DNA of 64,000 nt, taken from an uncultured cyanobacterium (GTDB lineage: Bacteria > Cyanobacteriota > Cyanobacteriia > Cyanobacteriales > CAWUOF01). The first letter of the stretch is position 1. Each line of letters starts with the position of its first letter. The position numbers and the translations under genes were made by a program. Below are positions 58,891 through 64,000 of this stretch, in pieces. The stretch covers positions 1,870,831-1,934,830 of the forward strand of contig CAVUSO010000001.1 in assembly GCA_963744145.1 (NCBI GenBank), given 5' to 3'. The notes beneath the pieces were generated by a model. The model saw nothing but the letters and a program-made list of their open reading frames with translations, did not search any database and was not told the origin of the DNA.

Positions 58891-61032
58891 ATGGGCATCT
58901 GTATTAATCCGGACTGTCTGACTCCCAATTACCCCCATGACCCCGCTCACCGCTACTGTCAAAGTTGTGGTTCTGATTTACTGTTAGTGGGACGTTATCG
59001 CGTGACATCTCTGTTGAGTGATAATAGTGGTTTTGGCACCATCTATGAAGCTGATGAACAGAATATCCCCAAAATTCTCAAAGTTCTCAAAAAACAGCTC
59101 AATCATCAGCCCAAAGCGGTAGAATTATTTCAGCAGGAAGTAGAAGTTTTGCAACAGCTAGATCATCCTGGGATTCCCAAAGTGGATGGTTATTTTCAAT
59201 ATCAGACCAAGCATAATCTATCCCTACATTGTTTTGTGATGGAAAAAATTGATGGTCTCAATCTTGAACAGTGGTTAGAACTACGGCTCAATCAACCTAT
59301 TGATGAAAAAACAGCGATTAAATGGCTTAAGCAAGTCACAGAAATTTTAGATAAAGTTCATCAAAAAGATTATTTTCATCGGGATATTAAACCGTCAAAT
59401 ATCATGGTACGTGGGAATGGACAATTAGTTTTAATTGATTTTGGAACAGCGAGAGAAATTACAGGTACTTACCTAGCAAAAGTCAGTCGAAAAAAAGAAG
59501 AAGTTACAGGAATTATTACGCCAGGTTATACACCTTTAGAACAAGCTAATGGTCAAGCATTACCCCAATCAGATTTTTTTGCGTTAGGACGTACTTGGGT
59601 TTTTTTAGTAACAGGAGAATCGCCAAATTTCATGAAGATAAATCCTCATACAGGAGAATTAATTTGGCAAGATCAAGCTAAACATATATCACCGCAATTG
59701 ATAGATTTGATCAATTATTTAATGGCTCCATTTCCCGGACAACGTCCCAAAAATGCTCAAGAAATTTTATCTAGATTGACAGAAATTGAGCAAAAAAACA
59801 AAACTTTATATCAATCTAAAAGTCTTTCATCTACGAGAATAAATCTTCCTCAAAAACCTAAAAATATTCAACCTAAAACAGTTCCTCCTACTGTGATTCA
59901 AGGCAAGAAAGAATATTATAAATTATCAATTAAATGGTTAATAGGCTCTATATTTATATTAGTTTTAGTATTAATAAATGAAGCAGAATTTTGGCGAATT
60001 CAGTTTGCTTCAATTCTTGTTTTTTTTGATAAAAATTTTTATCATCAATATTTAATTAAACAGATATATGTAGGATATCTGATCACGGATCTAAAAATTA
60101 GTCCAGATGGAAAAGCCTTAGTTGGTAGTAATGGCGATCTAGTTACTATATGGGCTATACCAGATGGGACAATCTTAAATCAACTTCCATTGAGGTGGAA
60201 ATCTAGTAACACTAATAACGATAGTAATAATAATCGAACTAATTTTTTTAGTAAAATCAGCAGTGATGCTAAAATTATTGCTGCCATAGATGATACAATT
60301 ATTAACGCTTATACTACAATAAGAACAATAAAAATTTGGGATGTTTCTACAGGTAAAATAATTAAAACTTTTACAGATAATGTTAAGTTTAATTTTCCCA
60401 TAATCTATTCTCCTCCTAGGGTAGCTTTTGCTATAAGTTCAGATGACAAAATTATTACTTTTGATGTAATGGAAAAAATTAAATTATTAAATATAGATAA
60501 TTGGAAAGAAATAAACACCATTTTCTATAGCGATACTAGTCATTATTATCATGAGCTTAACGGGTTTGCGATTAATCCAGATGGGAAAACTATAATTACT
60601 GGCGGAGATAGCACAATTAAAATTTGGGATATTTCTACAGGAAAGCTCCTCAATATAATTGACAATCATCAGCATGTATCTTTTTCTTTTGCTCTCACCC
60701 CAGACGGTAAAACTTTAGCTGTTGGTAATTACTCTAACCCAACTGTGAGTGATTTTTTTCCAGCAGTTAAGCTATGGGATGTATATACGGGAAAATTATT
60801 AAATACCTTAGAAAGTAATGATCAAATTTATAATATTGCTATTAGTGCTGATGGAAATACGCTTATTGGCTTAAGTCACAGAAAAACTATAAAAGTATGG
60901 AATTTGATTACAAAAAAAATAATGTACTCTATTGAAAATAGGACTTTTCCCTGTGCTGTTGCGATCTCCACCGATGGAAAAACAATTGCTGTTAGCGGTG
61001 AGGACGCCATCAATATATATAGATTACCTTGA
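58891..61032 (+). CDS. Ser/Thr protein kinase with N-terminal zinc-ribbon and C-terminal WD40 repeats
   Basis: NPDCLTPNYPHDPAHRYCQSCG (Zn ribbon). Kinase motifs HRDIKPSNIMV, DFGTARE and GYTPLEQ, followed by a TM-like segment. WD40-like repeats (IKIWDVSTGK, IKIWDISTGK, VKLWDVYTGK, IKVWNLITKK). Confidence 0.8.
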   Translation: MGICINPDCLTPNYPHDPAHRYCQSCGSDLLLVGRYRVTSLLSDNSGFGTIYEADEQNIPKILKVLKKQLNHQPKAVELFQQEVEVLQQLDHPGIPKVDGYFQYQTKHNLSLHCFVMEKIDGLNLEQWLELRLNQPIDEKTAIKWLKQVTEILDKVHQKDYFHRDIKPSNIMVRGNGQLVLIDFGTAREITGTYLAKVSRKKEEVTGIITPGYTPLEQANGQALPQSDFFALGRTWVFLVTGESPNFMKINPHTGELIWQDQAKHISPQLIDLINYLMAPFPGQRPKNAQEILSRLTEIEQKNKTLYQSKSLSSTRINLPQKPKNIQPKTVPPTVIQGKKEYYKLSIKWLIGSIFILVLVLINEAEFWRIQFASILVFFDKNFYHQYLIKQIYVGYLITDLKISPDGKALVGSNGDLVTIWAIPDGTILNQLPLRWKSSNTNNDSNNNRTNFFSKISSDAKIIAAIDDTIINAYTTIRTIKIWDVSTGKIIKTFTDNVKFNFPIIYSPPRVAFAISSDDKIITFDVMEKIKLLNIDNWKEINTIFYSDTSHYYHELNGFAINPDGKTIITGGDSTIKIWDISTGKLLNIIDNHQHVSFSFALTPDGKTLAVGNYSNPTVSDFFPAVKLWDVYTGKLLNTLESNDQIYNIAISADGNTLIGLSHRKTIKVWNLITKKIMYSIENRTFPCAVAISTDGKTIAVSGEDAINIYRLP

Positions 61033-61054
61033 CTAGGATGAGCAAAGCCGACCC

Positions 61055-61345
61055 TTATTTAGCTATTCTGCTCCTGCAATTGGTGCAAAACCTTAAAGCT
61101 AAAGATTTTCTATTATAGTTTCTAAATAGGGCAGGTATATTGCGGCGATCGCCATTAGTTCTGATGGTAATAAAATTGTCAGCGGTGGTGGTGATAAAGC
61201 CAGCTTGATCCCAAGCAGGAACTGAATGATCAAAAGCAAACCAGATGCGATCGCTGATTGCTGACCCTAACCAAATTATCCCTAAAATTGCTAAATCGGC
61301 CAATTGGATATTTTTCTGATTGATCATGAAGTTTAATTTTGCCAT
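61055..61345 (-). pseudogene. mosaic remnant: duplicated first 48 codons of the GT39 gene fused to a WD40-gene fragment
   Basis: Minus-strand ORF begins MAKLNFMINQKNIQLADLAILGIIWLGSAISDRIWFAFDHSVPAWDQA, near-identical to the GT39 N-terminus, then diverges. The plus strand at 61140-61200 encodes a WD40-like fragment AIAISSDGNKIVSGGGDK. 61200-61430 duplicates 58100-58340. Confidence 0.6.
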
Positions 61346-61881
61346 GTTTGATCTAAATTGAAATTATGAGGGTTTTTGAGAATAAAGTGATTGTTTTCCT
61401 TAATTAAGTCACCTGTACAAACTATGGGTAAACGCTCTTGATAAGCTTTGATCGCTAGGATATAATCGTAGTCAGCTAGTTCAGTTTGAATCTTTCTAAG
61501 CTGATCCACAATGATCCCAAATAGGGCAATTTCTCCACTTAGTTTATCAGAATTAGGTGTATATATTTGCATCACAACACCCTGAAGCGTGGTATTAGGA
61601 AGCGAGGTCAGCAGGTCAGCTAATATTTTAATTTGTGAGCGATTTTCAACAATCTCTAGGGTTTGTATGACTTCAAACATTCGCAGAGAAAATCCGCTCA
61701 TTTCTGGTTCGAGAGGTAATAAGATTTCGTATTCTTCACCAACTTCATTTTTGCAAGTCCATATCGATGATTTGTGATCATTATGACTTTGTTTTTTCCA
61801 GCCATTTTGCTGTAAGTATGTCCCGAATTTATTCGGCTCTAAGGTTTTGAGAATATTGGGGTCACGAACGGTTACTATCAT
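61333..61881 (-). CDS. hypothetical protein (182 aa)
   Basis: ORF only. Abuts the upstream 100-aa ORF with a 1-nt overlap; the two may be one frameshifted gene. Confidence 0.35.
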   Translation of the reverse strand: MIVTVRDPNILKTLEPNKFGTYLQQNGWKKQSHNDHKSSIWTCKNEVGEEYEILLPLEPEMSGFSLRMFEVIQTLEIVENRSQIKILADLLTSLPNTTLQGVVMQIYTPNSDKLSGEIALFGIIVDQLRKIQTELADYDYILAIKAYQERLPIVCTGDLIKENNHFILKNPHNFNLDQTWQN

Positions 61882-62183
61882 CAGAATTCTCCTGATTCAA
61901 TGTGCTGCATAATAGTTTTTAAAGCATCTTTATTAAAGATATTTTTACTAGGTATTTGAACTGTAATAGTATTTTGATTTTGGGTAGGCGGTAGCCCCCG
62001 TAGTGATATCCAATAACCACAATGTCTGCGGATTGAATTGGACGCCCCCAAACCTGTAATGATGATATCGACTCCTTCTGCATCTAATGGACGTGGGGCT
62101 ATTTGAAATGAGTATCCAGTGGCTGCTGCTACCGAATATATATAAGCATAGCTAAATTCTTCTTTTTGGGTGTTGATGTCCAT
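61881..62183 (-). CDS. hypothetical protein (100 aa), possibly DUF4365-like N-terminal fragment
   Basis: EEFSYAYIYSVAAATGYSFQ...DAEGVDIIITG. A weak resemblance only. Confidence 0.3.
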   Translation of the reverse strand: MDINTQKEEFSYAYIYSVAAATGYSFQIAPRPLDAEGVDIIITGLGASNSIRRHCGYWISLRGLPPTQNQNTITVQIPSKNIFNKDALKTIMQHIESGEF

Positions 62184-62530
62184 CGATTTTTGAGAAAAAG
62201 TGATTGTTGATCTTGATGATGGAAGTTTTCATAGTAGATTCATCATTTTATTGGAATCCAAATACTTTAGGGGTTTCCATCTTAACAATGTATTGACAAG
62301 GTACGTTGCTGCGATCGCATTTCTCAGAGTGAGCAATCCCCACCCTGATTGAGATACTGGATCTAAAATATCCCGGATTCCGCACCCTCAAATTAGAGTT
62401 TTTGCATCTGTATTGCATTTATTTGGTGAGGATAATTGCTAAAAACCTTACTCATAAAAGAATTAAGATGTGTGACACTTAGGGTGCGGAATCTGGGAAA
62501 TATAGATAGATATATCAACCAGTAACCGAT

Positions 62531-64000
62531 ATGGGTATCTGTATTAACCCGGACTGTCTGACTCCCAATTACCCACATGACCCCGCTCACCGCTACTGTC
62601 AAAGTTGCGGTTCTGATTTACTGTTAGTGGGACGTTATCGCGTGACATCTCTGTTGAGTGATAATAGTGGTTTTGGCACCATCTATGAAGCTGATGAACA
62701 GAATATCCCCAAAATTCTCAAAGTTCTCAAAAAACAGCTCAATCATCAGCCCAAAGCGGTAGAATTATTTCAGCAGGAAGTAGAAGTTTTGCAACAGCTA
62801 GATCATCCTGGGATTCCCAAAGTGGATGGTTATTTTCAGTATCAGACCAAGCATAATCTATCCCTACATTGTTTTGTGATGGAAAAAATTGATGGTCTCA
62901 ATCTTGAACAGTGGTTAGAACTACGGCTAAATCAACCTATTGATGAAAAAACAGCGATTAAATGGCTCAAGCAAGTTACAGAAATTTTAGATAAAGTTCA
63001 TCAAAAAGATTATTTTCACCGGGATATTAAACCATCAAATATCATGGTACGTGGGAATGGACAATTAGTTTTAATTGATTTTGGAACAGCCAGAGAAATT
63101 ACAGGTACTTACCTAGCAAAAGTCAGTCGAAAAAAAGAAGAAGTTACAGGAATTATTACGCCAGGTTATACACCTTTAGAACAAGCTAATGGTCAAGCAT
63201 TACCCCAATCAGATTTTTTTGCGTTAGGACGTACTTGGGTTTTTTTAGTAACAGGAGAATCGCCAAATTTCATGAAGATAAATCCTCATACAGGAGAATT
63301 AATTTGGCAAGATCAAGCTAAACATATATCACCGCAATTGATAGATTTGATCAATTATTTAATGGCTCCATTTCCCGGACAACGTCCCAAAAATGCTCAA
63401 GAAATTTTATCTCGATTGACAGAAATTGAGCTAAAAAACAAAACTTTATATCAATCTCAAAATCTTTCATCTAAAAAAATAAATCTTTCTCAAAAACATA
63501 AAAATATTCAACATCAAGCAGTTCCCCCTACTCTAATCCAAGGGAAAAAATCTACTCATGGATATAAAGGAGGGTTAGGTAGTTTTTTCACGTTAATGTC
63601 ATTTTTCACGTTCATAAAATACGCATTTTTAGTATTCCAAGACTCATGGATTAAGCCTGTTGATCCATCTCAAGTACCTGATAAATTTTTAATTAAACAG
63701 ATAAATGTAGAAGAACAAGTCTATTCTCTAGGTATTAGTCCAGATGGAAAAACTCTAGTTAGTAGCCATCCTAAAAGAGTCATTATGCGGGATATAAACA
63801 CAGGAAGGATGTTAAATCAGATTCAGGTTACTTGGGAATCTAATACGCCTAGGAATCGCTTTAATTTAGTTAGCTCTATTGCCATAAGCCAGGATAGTAA
63901 AACTATAGTTTGTAGCTGTGGTGATCATAAAATTAAAGTCTGGAATTTTGTCACAGGTAATTTAATAAAAACTTTTCCAGGAGGAGATAATACTCCCTTG
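62531..64000 (+). CDS. second Ser/Thr kinase / WD40 paralog; the 3' end lies beyond the window
   Basis: 62420-63140 is near-identical to 58780-59500, including the upstream region and the start MGICINPDCLTPNYPHDPAHRYCQSCG. The sequence diverges after the kinase domain (...SKKINLSQKHKNIQHQAVPPT), with WD40-like IKVWNFVTGN near the end. Open through position 64000. Confidence 0.75.
   Translation, partial: MGICINPDCLTPNYPHDPAHRYCQSCGSDLLLVGRYRVTSLLSDNSGFGTIYEADEQNIPKILKVLKKQLNHQPKAVELFQQEVEVLQQLDHPGIPKVDGYFQYQTKHNLSLHCFVMEKIDGLNLEQWLELRLNQPIDEKTAIKWLKQVTEILDKVHQKDYFHRDIKPSNIMVRGNGQLVLIDFGTAREITGTYLAKVSRKKEEVTGIITPGYTPLEQANGQALPQSDFFALGRTWVFLVTGESPNFMKINPHTGELIWQDQAKHISPQLIDLINYLMAPFPGQRPKNAQEILSRLTEIELKNKTLYQSQNLSSKKINLSQKHKNIQHQAVPPTLIQGKKSTHGYKGGLGSFFTLMSFFTFIKYAFLVFQDSWIKPVDPSQVPDKFLIKQINVEEQVYSLGISPDGKTLVSSHPKRVIMRDINTGRMLNQIQVTWESNTPRNRFNLVSSIAISQDSKTIVCSCGDHKIKVWNFVTGNLIKTFPGGDNTPL

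Overview
Cyanobacterial chromosomal window, recognisable by the very frequent HIP1 octamer GCGATCGC and a moderately AT-rich composition. Core metabolism genes (zwf, tal, fbp, nrdJ, gatB, argJ, argG, trhO, petN) are interspersed with accessory islands and several small repeat families.

Main content, start to end:
- A partial zwf-tal-fbp cluster at the left edge.
- An IS607-family element carrying tnpA and tnpB, inserted between a YHYH-domain gene and a secreted-protein gene.
- A class II (adenosylcobalamin) ribonucleotide reductase gene interrupted by a 331-aa intein with a LAGLIDADG homing endonuclease.
- A decayed transposase gene riddled with a 28-bp perfect-palindrome repeat.
- A 4.4-kb AT-rich cassette (13516-17875) flanked by near-identical 500-bp direct repeats. 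The repeats are a duplicated 5' portion of a class A beta-lactamase-like gene. The cassette carries two tandem pairs, each an ABC-type ATPase followed by a small Toprim-like (VEGD...DxD) protein. These look like split OLD-family or PARIS (AriA/AriB)-like anti-phage modules.
- A bacterial homolog of the eukaryotic major vault protein (877 aa), alignable along its whole length to metazoan MVP.
- A second island (33.3-37.9 kb) with a DUF433 gene, an MNT/HepT toxin-antitoxin pair in which the HepT toxin is truncated, a Dcm-type C5 methyltransferase convergent with a DUF262 (ParB-like nuclease) gene, and an internally deleted duplicate of the argG 3' end.
- A phytochrome-centred two-component cluster: a hybrid kinase, a bacteriophytochrome-type hybrid kinase with N-terminal Cys and a Cys-to-Tyr change at the canonical GAF site, a REC protein with a degenerate GGDEF domain, a REC-GAF kinase, and a multi-PAS hybrid kinase.
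- A GT39-family membrane glycosyltransferase with TPR repeats.
- A tandem duplication of a Ser/Thr-kinase/WD40 gene, with mosaic gene fragments at the junction.

Four dispersed small repeat or MITE families are described below.
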